Assembly: GCA_045658185.1 (NCBI GenBank)
Contig: JAZOUQ010000039.1
Span: forward strand, 7,702-71,701
Origin: Eubacteriales bacterium
Lineage (GTDB): Bacteria > Bacillota > Clostridia > Oscillospirales > CAG-272
Reading direction: 5' to 3'
Length of the DNA: 64,000 nt
This document shows, one piece after another, positions 49,078-57,725 of the stretch. A model generated the notes under the pieces. It was not told where the DNA came from. It did no database searches and saw nothing but the letters and a program-made list of their open reading frames with translations. Both the position numbers and the translations under genes were made by a program. Numbering within the stretch: position 1 is the first letter of the stretch; the number at the start of each line of letters is the position of its first letter.

Positions 49078-50336
49078 ATTATCAGCAATCACTTGAATAT
49101 ATACACAGTATAAACTGGTGCTTCTGCAAACCGGGTCTTGAACGTATAGAAACACTTTGCGGACTTCTCGGTAATCCGCAGAACAGCTTGAAATTTATAC
49201 ACGTTGCAGGTACGAACGGCAAGGGTTCTTTTTGCTCTATGCTGTCAAGTATACTGTGCCAAGCGGGACTTAAAGTAGGACTTTTTACTTCTCCGTACAT
49301 CCGTTTTTTCAACGAGCGTATGTGTATAGGCGGTCAGCCTATATCCGACGAGGAGCTGGCGGAAATAACCACCTACGTCCGTCCCTTTGCCGAGAGTATG
49401 GAGGACAAGCCTACCGAATTTGAGCTTATAACTGCTATTGGCTTTGAATATTTTAAGAGAAATAAATGTGACGTTGTGGTGCTTGAGGCTGGAATGGGAG
49501 GCAGACTTGATTCTACCAATATCATTCGAAATCCGCTTTTGTCCGTAATAACGGGTATTGCACTTGACCACACCGCGTTTCTTGGCGACACAGTAGAGAA
49601 GATAGCAGCTGAAAAGGCAGGTATAATAAAAGACGGAGCTCCCGTGCTGTTTGGCGGTGAGGATACCGTGGCGGAAGCGGTAATAAGAGCTGCCGCGGAG
49701 CAAAAAAGTTCTCCTATATTTACCGTCGATTACAGCAAATTGACCGTAAAAAAAGCCACCCTTGAGGGGAGCGTGTTTGATTTTGAGGACAGACGCGATA
49801 TAGAGATAAAGCTGCTTGGAGCTTATCAGCCGAGAAATGCTTCTTCCGTGCTGAAGGCGGTGGATATATTACGCAAAAACGGCTTGAATATTCCCGAAAA
49901 ATCGGTCAGAGAGGGACTTGTTAACGCTCGGTGGATAGGAAGATTTGAGATACTTGCAAGAGAGCCGCTGACTATATTTGACGGAGCACACAATCCTCAG
50001 GGAATAGACAGTGCGGTTGAAAGTATAAAAATGTATTTTGAGAACGAAAAGGTTTACATTCTTACGGGAGTTCTTAAAGATAAGGATTACGAGTATATAG
50101 CATTAAGATTGTCCGAAATAGCGGATAGGGCATTTACACTTACCCCCGATAATCCCCGTGCACTTGACGGAAAAGAGTATGCGGAGGTGCTGTGCCGAAA
50201 CGGAGTTTTGGCAGAGGGATTTGACAAACTTAATGATGCGTATAATACAGCAAAGAACGAGGCGAAGAAAAACGGTAAGGCACTCGTTTGTCTTGGGTCG
50301 CTTTACACCTATTCAGAGCTTATAAATTTGATATAA
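49074..50336 (+). CDS. folC: Bifunctional folylpolyglutamate synthase / dihydrofolate synthase
   Basis: 420 aa. The P-loop HVAGTNGKGS and Mur-ligase-family blocks are present. It overlaps folT by 4 nt. Confidence 0.9.
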   Translation: MNYQQSLEYIHSINWCFCKPGLERIETLCGLLGNPQNSLKFIHVAGTNGKGSFCSMLSSILCQAGLKVGLFTSPYIRFFNERMCIGGQPISDEELAEITTYVRPFAESMEDKPTEFELITAIGFEYFKRNKCDVVVLEAGMGGRLDSTNIIRNPLLSVITGIALDHTAFLGDTVEKIAAEKAGIIKDGAPVLFGGEDTVAEAVIRAAAEQKSSPIFTVDYSKLTVKKATLEGSVFDFEDRRDIEIKLLGAYQPRNASSVLKAVDILRKNGLNIPEKSVREGLVNARWIGRFEILAREPLTIFDGAHNPQGIDSAVESIKMYFENEKVYILTGVLKDKDYEYIALRLSEIADRAFTLTPDNPRALDGKEYAEVLCRNGVLAEGFDKLNDAYNTAKNEAKKNGKALVCLGSLYTYSELINLI

Positions 50337-50341
50337 CACGG

Positions 50342-50370
50342 TTGACAAAAGAATATTTTCGTGGTATAAT
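50342..50370 (+). promoter_or_regulatory. Sigma-A promoter of the preQ1 riboswitch-queT unit
   Basis: TTGACA (50342-50347), a 17-nt spacer, then TGgTATAAT (-10 at 50365-50370). Confidence 0.6.
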
Positions 50371-50375
50371 TTTCC

Positions 50376-50417
50376 CTACGTGAGTTCGAAACCATCCTCA
50401 CGAAAAACAAAACTATG
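50376..50417 (+). promoter_or_regulatory. preQ1 class I riboswitch
   Basis: A compact hairpin, CGTGAG (50379-50384) with CTCACG (50397-50402), has the loop TTCGAAACCATC. It is followed by the A-rich tail AAAAACAAAACTA running into the ribosome-binding region. It lies directly upstream of a QueT-family transporter. Confidence 0.75.
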
Positions 50418-50429
50418 GAGAAAAGAAAA

Positions 50430-50918
50430 ATGAAAAGAAAAGTTAAAAGTCTGTTTTTATGCCAAGGTGCGGTCATAGCCGCGGCATACGTTGTATTGAC
50501 CTACGTTACCCATTTGTTTGGACTTGATGCAGGGGTCATACAGCTCCGAGTGTCTGAGATGCTGTGTATACTTCCCATATTCACACCTGCGGCAATTCCC
50601 GGGCTGTACGTTGGATGTCTGCTTTCCAATCTTTTGACGGGAGCTGTGTGGCTTGACGTGTTAGCAGGTCCTATCGCCACTCTTTTGGGAGCATTGGGAA
50701 CGTATGCGTTACGCAGATACAAGTGGTTAGCACCCTTGCCTCCGATAGTGGCAAATACGGTTATCGTTCCGTTCGTTTTGGCATACGGATACGGCATAGA
50801 GCAGGCAATACCGATAATGATGCTTACGGTTGGCATAGGTGAGGTGCTTTCGGTATATTTTCTCGGAATGGCGTTGTACTTTGCAATATATAAGCACGCT
50901 CCGAGAATATTCAAATAG
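50430..50918 (+). CDS. queT: Queuosine-precursor transporter QueT
   Basis: I prefer the ATG at 50430 (8 nt after GGAGA). The ATG at 50415 lies inside the riboswitch tail. The protein is polytopic (VIQLRVSEMLCILPIFTPAAIPGLYVGCLLSNL). Confidence 0.85.
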   Translation: MKRKVKSLFLCQGAVIAAAYVVLTYVTHLFGLDAGVIQLRVSEMLCILPIFTPAAIPGLYVGCLLSNLLTGAVWLDVLAGPIATLLGALGTYALRRYKWLAPLPPIVANTVIVPFVLAYGYGIEQAIPIMMLTVGIGEVLSVYFLGMALYFAIYKHAPRIFK

Positions 50919-50921
50919 AAC

Positions 50922-50962
50922 AAAAGAGGTTGAGTCGTTTGACTCAACCTCTTAAATTTTTA
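50922..50962. terminator. Bidirectional terminator between queT and convergent putP
   Basis: AAGAGGTTGAGTC-gttt-GACTCAACCTCTT. Confidence 0.8.
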
Positions 50963-50966
50963 TGAT

Positions 50967-52511
50967 TCAAATAGTACCCTGAGAGCGTACTTCCTCAAAC
51001 TCGTCGATAATTTCCTTTTCGGGAGCTTTGGTAGCAAGGCTGACGATAACTATGAACAGACAGCTTATGATAAATGCGGGAAGAAGCTCGTAAATGGTGA
51101 GGGCAGATATACCGTGGGTGTTTCCGATAGGAGTAATCACGTATTCCCATATGATCGCCGATGCACCGCCGGAGATAATACCTGCGAGAGCACCCCATTT
51201 AGTGGTACGCTTCCAGAAGAGAGCGAACAGAACTAAAGGAGCAAAGGCGGCACCGAAGCCTGCCCAAGCAAAGGAAACTATCTTAAATACGGAGCTGTCG
51301 GGATCCCATGCGAAGAGAACTGAAATTACGGAAATAACCGCAACCGTTATACGGGCAACCAGCATATTGTTCTTGGGTTTGATGTCCTTCTTGATAAATC
51401 TTCTTACGATGTTTTCAGACACGCTTGATGCCGCCGCAAGAAGCTGAGAGTCGGATGTGGACATTATGGAGGCAAGAATACCCGAAATAATAAGGCCAGC
51501 CACAAGAGCCAAGATCCAAGCGTGGGTGCTGAGCAGCTTAGCAATCTCAATAATGATTCTCTCGGGGTCAGAAAGGGAAACAACGCCTGCGTTTACCATG
51601 GCGTAGCCAACCACACCTATGAATATCGCAACGCCCATAGAGATAACAACCCAGATGGAAGCCACGCGACGTGAGGTTTTGAGCTTCTCCTTGTCCTCAA
51701 TAGCCATAAAGCGGAGAAGGATATGAGGCATACCGAAATAACCCAAGCCCCAAGCCAAAGTGGAAACAATAGCGAGGAAGGAGAAGGGAGTAGCGGAGAA
51801 GGTCTTACCGTCGAATAGATTGGTAAGACTCAAGTATCCGGGAAGTCCGTCTACTGCACTTACTACATTTGCCATTCCGTCAACGCTGAAAATACCGAAT
51901 ATAACAACTACTATGAGTGCCACGGTCATAATGATACTCTGAATAAAGTCGGTCGTACTCGCAGCCAAAAAACCACCCGTCATAGTGTATGCAACGATAA
52001 CCGCCGCACCAACGATCATTGCAACGTGGTAATCAACTCCGAACAGAGAGTTAAACAGCTTACCTACAGATGCAAAGCCTGAAGCGGTGTAGGGGACGAA
52101 GAATACTATGATAATGACAGCTGCCGCAAGGACAAGCATACCCGATTTGTCGTGAAATCTGTTAGAGAAGAAGTCGGGAAGGGTGTTTGCCTTGACCTTT
52201 TCCGAATATGTACGAATTCTTTTTGCGACGATAAGCCAGTTGAGATACGTACCGATAGCAAGTCCCGCTGCCGTCCAGAACGCCTCGGCGATACCCGTAG
52301 CCAAAGCAACACCGGGCAATCCCATGAGTAACCAGCTGGACATATCAGATGCCTCAGCACTCATTGCCGTGACGAAAGGACCAAGCTTTCTGCCACCTAA
52401 ATAAAAGTCATCTGTGGACTTGTTCTTTTTGGTAAAGCTTATGCCGATGAACACCATAAATGCCATATAAAGTGCAATGGTTATCAGCATAATAACGTCA
52501 TGTGGTTGCAT
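50967..52511 (-). CDS. putP: Sodium:solute symporter (SSS family), sodium/proline symporter-like
   Basis: 514 aa with about 13 TM helices. DDFYLGGRKLGPFVTAMSAEASDMSSWLLMGLPG is the SSS/PutP signature region. Confidence 0.8.
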   Translation of the reverse strand: MQPHDVIMLITIALYMAFMVFIGISFTKKNKSTDDFYLGGRKLGPFVTAMSAEASDMSSWLLMGLPGVALATGIAEAFWTAAGLAIGTYLNWLIVAKRIRTYSEKVKANTLPDFFSNRFHDKSGMLVLAAAVIIIVFFVPYTASGFASVGKLFNSLFGVDYHVAMIVGAAVIVAYTMTGGFLAASTTDFIQSIIMTVALIVVVIFGIFSVDGMANVVSAVDGLPGYLSLTNLFDGKTFSATPFSFLAIVSTLAWGLGYFGMPHILLRFMAIEDKEKLKTSRRVASIWVVISMGVAIFIGVVGYAMVNAGVVSLSDPERIIIEIAKLLSTHAWILALVAGLIISGILASIMSTSDSQLLAAASSVSENIVRRFIKKDIKPKNNMLVARITVAVISVISVLFAWDPDSSVFKIVSFAWAGFGAAFAPLVLFALFWKRTTKWGALAGIISGGASAIIWEYVITPIGNTHGISALTIYELLPAFIISCLFIVIVSLATKAPEKEIIDEFEEVRSQGTI

Positions 52512-52637
52512 AAAAACCTCCGTAATTAAACTGAAAAATGATAAAATACCTTTTTATTCTACCACAAAACTCCAAAAAAGGCAATAGTTTTTTTGCTTTT
52601 TATAAATAAAAAAAATTATAAATACGAAAAAAAGTTA

Positions 52638-52666
52638 TTGAATTATTGATAAAAATATGATATAAT
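52638..52666 (+). promoter_or_regulatory. Candidate sigma-A promoter of cdaA
   Basis: TTGAAT (52638-52643), a 17-nt spacer, then TGaTATAAT (-10 at 52661-52666). Confidence 0.45.
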
Positions 52667-52707
52667 ATATAAAATATTTATCTCTTGAAAGTTTGGGAGG
52701 TGTTTTT

Positions 52708-53613
52708 GTGTTGACCGCAGAAAAAATAGTGGGTGTTGTGGAAGGATTTTTCACAAAATTTCTTATTGAACCCGTCCGTCATATGGAATTTAAGGACGGA
52801 ATAGATATTTTTGTACTTGCTTTGGTTCTGTTTTTTATTTACAGACTGATAAGAGATAGCAGAGCGTGGAAGCTTCTTATTGGATTGGGTGTAATATTTG
52901 TTGTAACCATAGTCGCAAGAAATTTCGAGATGAACGGTCTTAACTTTATCTTTGGGAACTTCCAACAGCTTGGAATTATAGCAATACTTATACTTTTTCA
53001 GCCCGAACTTCGTATGGCGCTTGAAAAGGTTGGAGAAACACCTATAACAGGTGTTAAGAGCATAGCTGCTGATTCAAAGGATCTGGCGGCACATAGTGCG
53101 GAGATAGATGCTATATGTACCGCAGCCGTTGATCTGTCAAGAGAAAAGGTTGGGGCACTTATAGTTATAGAGCGTTCAACCAAGTTAGGCGATTTTATAA
53201 AATCGGGAGTTGTTATTGATGCATCTATATCTTCCCATTTGATTCGAAATCTGTTCTTTAATAAAGCACCCTTGCACGACGGTGCGGTGATCATACGTAA
53301 CAGTCGTGTTTGTGCGGCAGGTTGCTTCCTGCCTCTTTCGACAAAAGAGGACATAAATAAGGATCTGGGTACAAGACACAGAGCTGCTATCGGACTTACG
53401 GAGGTAAGTGATGCACTTGTTATCGTTGTATCCGAGGAAACGGGAACTATTTCCGTGTCCATTGAAGGTAATCTTGAACGCAACTTTAATTACAGTTCGC
53501 TTAAGCAAATGCTTATTGCAAAGGTTTATTCGCAGAGCATAAACGAGCAGAATCTAAAAAACAACAAAAAGAAAGAGGAAAGCTTCGACGAGCCCCAAGG
53601 CGACGAGGAGTGA
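52708..53613 (+). CDS. cdaA: Diadenylate cyclase CdaA (membrane-anchored DAC domain)
   Basis: I prefer the GTG at 52708 (7 nt after GGAGG). Three N-terminal TM helices are followed by DAC motifs (GALIVIE, PLHDGAVII, GTRHRAA). Confidence 0.9.
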   Translation: MLTAEKIVGVVEGFFTKFLIEPVRHMEFKDGIDIFVLALVLFFIYRLIRDSRAWKLLIGLGVIFVVTIVARNFEMNGLNFIFGNFQQLGIIAILILFQPELRMALEKVGETPITGVKSIAADSKDLAAHSAEIDAICTAAVDLSREKVGALIVIERSTKLGDFIKSGVVIDASISSHLIRNLFFNKAPLHDGAVIIRNSRVCAAGCFLPLSTKEDINKDLGTRHRAAIGLTEVSDALVIVVSEETGTISVSIEGNLERNFNYSSLKQMLIAKVYSQSINEQNLKNNKKKEESFDEPQGDEE

Positions 53614-53620
53614 TATAAAT

Positions 53621-53824
53621 ATGATCAAGAAAACACGGAACGCGGAAAGCCATGACGATGGCTCTTACGTAGTGAAAAAATCAAAAAAATCAAGTGTTCT
53701 CGCATTTATTCTTTGCCTTCTTATCGCATTTGTAATATGGGCATATGCCGATGCTACCGAAAGTGAAAACAAGGCAGAATCAGATTCGGTTACAGCTACA
53801 ACGAGCGGTGAGCAGATAGTGTAA
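53621..53824 (+). CDS. Small single-TM protein occupying the position of CdaR
   Basis: 67 aa. A basic N-terminus is followed by a TM helix (VLAFILCLLIAFVIWAYA) and a short acidic/Ser-Thr tail. Its stop overlaps the next ATG. Confidence 0.5.
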   Translation: MIKKTRNAESHDDGSYVVKKSKKSSVLAFILCLLIAFVIWAYADATESENKAESDSVTATTSGEQIV

Positions 53825-55464
53825 TGAAAACATCTGTAATAAACGAGAGCGTATCAAGATTTGCGGTTGGCGGGATTTCTCTGTCACCGGATGCAGATCC
53901 GAGAGAGGCTTGTAGTATTGTTGCTACGGAGTTGAAACGTGCAGGGATAAACCCTGCACGACTTCGTTTTGACATTTATAAAAGATCGATAGATGCAAGA
54001 AAAAAAAGCGACGTTCGTCTGATATATTCCGTCGCGGTGAGCTGTGCCGACGGAGAAAGTATACCCAAACGGTTGCTTGACCGAGTACGCCGACAGGTTA
54101 CCGTTATCAATGATGCTGCTCCAACCGTTGTAAAGGGTGAGCAAAGAGCGGATTATCCACCCCTCGTGGTGGGAATGGGACCTGCGGGACTTTTCTGTGC
54201 GTTGATGTTGGCTGAGAATGGATACCGCCCCGTCATTATCGACCGTGGTGACGGCATAGCCGAGCGTTGCCGAAAGACCGAGATATTTTTTGAAACGGGA
54301 GTGCTTGACGCAGAGTCGAATATACAATTCGGTGCGGGGGGAGCGGGAACGTTTTCTGACGGTAAGCTTGTAACCCGTGTTAATGACGAGCGACTCAATT
54401 ACGTTATGCGTCGTTTTTGCGATTTTGGTGCACCCGAGGATATACTCGTGTCAGCCAAACCCCATATCGGTACGGATCTCTTGGTGGGGATAGTTGACAA
54501 TATTCTTACACGCATAGAGGAGCTGGGCGGAAAGGTCATATATCGCTGTAAGCTTACGGCTATTGAAGAATTGGACGGCGGAAACGTCAAAGCCGTTACA
54601 GATAGAGAAACGATTTTTACTTCTGCACTGATACTCGCAACGGGGCACAGTGCCAGAGATGTTTACGGCATGCTTCTTGACGGAGGCTATGCCGTGGAAA
54701 CCAAGCCCTTCTCCGTAGGCGTAAGGATAGAGCATCTGCAACAGGATATTGACAGAGCTTTGTATGGCGATTTTGCAGGACACTCTGCACTCGGAAAGGG
54801 AGAATATCATCTTTCCGACACCAAGCGAGGCAGGGGCGTGTATACCTTCTGTATGTGCCCCGGAGGACAAGTGGTGGCGGCTGCAAGTGAGGACGGAGGA
54901 GTCGTTGTCAACGGAATGAGTCGCCATGCAAGAGATGAGAAAAACGCCAATTCGGCGGTGCTTGTTTCCGTCCGTCCCGAGGATGTGGGAAATCATCCGA
55001 GAAAGGCTATAAAGTTCCAGAGAGATCTGGAGGAAAAGGCTTTTTGCGCGGGAGGAAATGATTATTTTGCTCCATACCAGACTGTCGGTGACTTTCTTGA
55101 GGGTGTGAGTAAAACGGAATATAGCCGTATAGTTCCATCGTACAGGGGCGGCAAGGTCAAAGCCGCAAGGCTTGATTGCATATTGCCTCAGTTTGTTACG
55201 GAAGAGTTGAAATACGGTCTTATGAGCTTTGATAAAAAAATAAATGGATTTGCAAGTTCCGATGCAGTTCTCACGGGAGTGGAAACAAGAAGCTCCGCCC
55301 CTGTCAGAATATTGCGAGGAGAAAAACTTTGTGCCGCGGGACACGATAGAATTTATCCCTGCGGAGAGGGTGCGGGGTATGCAGGCGGCATAAGCAGTGC
55401 CGCACTTGACGGAGTGCGTATAGCACTTGCGGTTATGGAGAGATTTGACGTTTGCCCCGAATAG
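53824..55464 (+). CDS. FAD-dependent oxidoreductase of unknown specificity
   Basis: 546 aa with the dinucleotide-binding motif VVGMGPAGLFCA, GAGGAGTFSDGKL and a C-terminal GEGAGYAGGI block. Confidence 0.8.
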   Translation: MKTSVINESVSRFAVGGISLSPDADPREACSIVATELKRAGINPARLRFDIYKRSIDARKKSDVRLIYSVAVSCADGESIPKRLLDRVRRQVTVINDAAPTVVKGEQRADYPPLVVGMGPAGLFCALMLAENGYRPVIIDRGDGIAERCRKTEIFFETGVLDAESNIQFGAGGAGTFSDGKLVTRVNDERLNYVMRRFCDFGAPEDILVSAKPHIGTDLLVGIVDNILTRIEELGGKVIYRCKLTAIEELDGGNVKAVTDRETIFTSALILATGHSARDVYGMLLDGGYAVETKPFSVGVRIEHLQQDIDRALYGDFAGHSALGKGEYHLSDTKRGRGVYTFCMCPGGQVVAAASEDGGVVVNGMSRHARDEKNANSAVLVSVRPEDVGNHPRKAIKFQRDLEEKAFCAGGNDYFAPYQTVGDFLEGVSKTEYSRIVPSYRGGKVKAARLDCILPQFVTEELKYGLMSFDKKINGFASSDAVLTGVETRSSAPVRILRGEKLCAAGHDRIYPCGEGAGYAGGISSAALDGVRIALAVMERFDVCPE

Positions 55465-55480
55465 ATTATGAACGAGGTAT

Positions 55481-57691
55481 TTGCCCATGAGGGAAATAAA
55501 AAGAGAAAAGATATGGGAGCAGAGATTTGCGTTTGGTGATGCAGACAGAGATGCCGCAATCAAAGAGATTTCAGAATCTCTCGGTGTATCACCGTTGTTT
55601 GCTGTACTCCTTTATAACAGAGGATATACGACGGCAGAAGCAGCACGTAGATTTTTGCGGTTCGAGGAAACGGATTTTCACGATCCATACCTTATGAAGG
55701 ATATGAATATGGCGGTTGACAGAATACTTTCCGCTGTTGAGAATAAAGAAAAAATATATGTATACGGAGATTACGACGTTGACGGAGTTACTTCGTCGGC
55801 GATGCTCTATTTATACCTTACGTCAATAGGTGCGGAGGTGGGTATAAAAATCCCCAAAAGAGATGGAGAGGGCTACGGAGTGTCTACCTCGGCAATCGAC
55901 ATGATAGCAGAGGAGGGAGCTAAGCTCATAATTACGGTAGATACGGGTATAACGGCAATAGCCGAGGTTGAATATGCAGCAGCGTTAGGCGTGGATTTTG
56001 TTATAACCGACCACCACGAGTGTCACGGAGAGCTACCGGCTGCTACTGCGGTAGTTAACCCCCACAGACCGGACTGTCCGTATCCGTTTAAAGAACTGGC
56101 TGGTGTGGGTGTTGTATTCAAGACCGTATGTGCTATTGAAATGAAATTGTGTCAAGGACGTGGAGAAAGCATAATTGACGGAATAAAAAGAGTGAGCAAT
56201 GCGTATGCCGATCTCGTTGCAGTTGGAACTATTGCAGACGTTATGCCCCTGATCGATGAAAACAGACTTATAGTAAGTCTTGGACTGTCAAAGCTTGAGC
56301 ATGGTGATGGAAGAATAGGACTTCAGGCATTGCTTGAAGCATCTTCTAAGACCCGCTCAGATGACACGAAAAGAAAGAAGGTCACCTCGAGCATGGTGGG
56401 CTTTGGTATAGCTCCCAGAATAAACGCTGCGGGAAGAATAAGCGATGCTATCAAAGCTGTAAATCTTTTACTTGCAGATGACGAACAAGAAGCGGTAAGC
56501 TATTCGGAGGAGCTTTGTGAGATAAACAGACAAAGACAGATAGAAGAGAACAGCATAGCGGTAGCGGCGTACGAAATGATAGAGAATGACCCTGCTTACG
56601 AAAAGGACAAGGTTCTTATACTTCATAACGATGAGTGGCAGCAGGGGATCATAGGAATAGTATCTTCAAGAGTTACCGAGAAATACGGACTTCCGTCCAT
56701 ACTTATTTCGTTCCGAGGTTCTATCAACGGTGAAGTCAGCGAATATGACGACGGAAAAGGATCGGGACGAAGTATTAAGGGACTCAATCTTGTTGATGCG
56801 TTGGGATATTGCGACGATCTGTTGGTCAAGTACGGCGGTCACGAGCTGGCGGCAGGTCTTACCGTAAAGAGAGGACAGATAGAGCAGTTCCGAAAGAGAA
56901 TAAACGAGTATGCCGAAAAGTACATAACGGACGAAATGCTGAAGGTAAGACTTGACGCAGACTGTGAGCTTGAAGCATCTGACGTTAATATGGCGTTGGC
57001 AAACGAGATACTCAGATTAGAGCCTTTTGGCATAGGAAACGTATCCCCCCGTTTTATAATGAGAAATGCTACCGTAAGGAAGATAACGTCGATAGGAAGC
57101 GGAAAGCACAGTAAGCTTTTGATTGAAAAAGACGGTATATGCCATACGGCAATGTATTTTGGAGTAGGAGAAACGGAGATCAGTTGCTCTGAGGGTGATA
57201 CGGTAGATCTGCTGTTCAATATAGACGTAAACGAATACAGAGGAATGAGAAGCGTACAGCTTATACTTCAGGATATTCGGATATGCTTTGAATACGAAAC
57301 GCGACTTGCAGACGAAAAGAAGAGATATGAAGAGATCCGTGCGGGCGGAGATTTTAGGATTGAGGAGCAGATCGTTCCCGACAGAAACGATTTTGCGGCG
57401 GTCTATACTACACTTCGCAAGGAGTTCAGATCAGGTACTAATGTACTTGATACCCGTACTATATTGAAGCTTGTCCGAGCAACAGGCTTGGAAAACATGA
57501 ACTTTATAAAGTTAAAATTTATTCTTCGTATATTGCACGAGCTGAAAATATGTGAGGCAGAGGAGATAGATAAGGACTTGTATAGGTTCAATATTTTCTT
57601 TAATGCCAACAAGACAAGCATAGAAAAATCATCTATACTGAAAAAACTGAAGGGGCAATGCTCTAACAGAGAAGCAGCAGAGAATTTATAA
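55481..57691 (+). CDS. recJ: Single-stranded-DNA-specific exonuclease RecJ
   Basis: 736 aa. DHH motifs (YGDYDVDGVTS, TVDTGI, ITDHH) and the DHHA1 motif GGHELAAG are present. Confidence 0.9.
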   Translation: MPMREIKREKIWEQRFAFGDADRDAAIKEISESLGVSPLFAVLLYNRGYTTAEAARRFLRFEETDFHDPYLMKDMNMAVDRILSAVENKEKIYVYGDYDVDGVTSSAMLYLYLTSIGAEVGIKIPKRDGEGYGVSTSAIDMIAEEGAKLIITVDTGITAIAEVEYAAALGVDFVITDHHECHGELPAATAVVNPHRPDCPYPFKELAGVGVVFKTVCAIEMKLCQGRGESIIDGIKRVSNAYADLVAVGTIADVMPLIDENRLIVSLGLSKLEHGDGRIGLQALLEASSKTRSDDTKRKKVTSSMVGFGIAPRINAAGRISDAIKAVNLLLADDEQEAVSYSEELCEINRQRQIEENSIAVAAYEMIENDPAYEKDKVLILHNDEWQQGIIGIVSSRVTEKYGLPSILISFRGSINGEVSEYDDGKGSGRSIKGLNLVDALGYCDDLLVKYGGHELAAGLTVKRGQIEQFRKRINEYAEKYITDEMLKVRLDADCELEASDVNMALANEILRLEPFGIGNVSPRFIMRNATVRKITSIGSGKHSKLLIEKDGICHTAMYFGVGETEISCSEGDTVDLLFNIDVNEYRGMRSVQLILQDIRICFEYETRLADEKKRYEEIRAGGDFRIEEQIVPDRNDFAAVYTTLRKEFRSGTNVLDTRTILKLVRATGLENMNFIKLKFILRILHELKICEAEEIDKDLYRFNIFFNANKTSIEKSSILKKLKGQCSNREAAENL

Positions 57692-57725
57692 AATTTAAAT
57701 TTTCACAAAAGACAAGAGGTCATAT

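Noticed and set aside
50379-50402. GAGTTCGAAACCATCCTCACG resembles a tRNA T-arm
   Set aside because: No acceptor, D or anticodon arms can be built around it. It fits the preQ1-I riboswitch hairpin upstream of queT instead.
54451-55563. A 370-aa ORF on the minus strand
   Set aside because: It is antisense to the FAD-dependent oxidoreductase and the start of recJ, both of which carry clear motifs on the plus strand. The composition is not protein-like.
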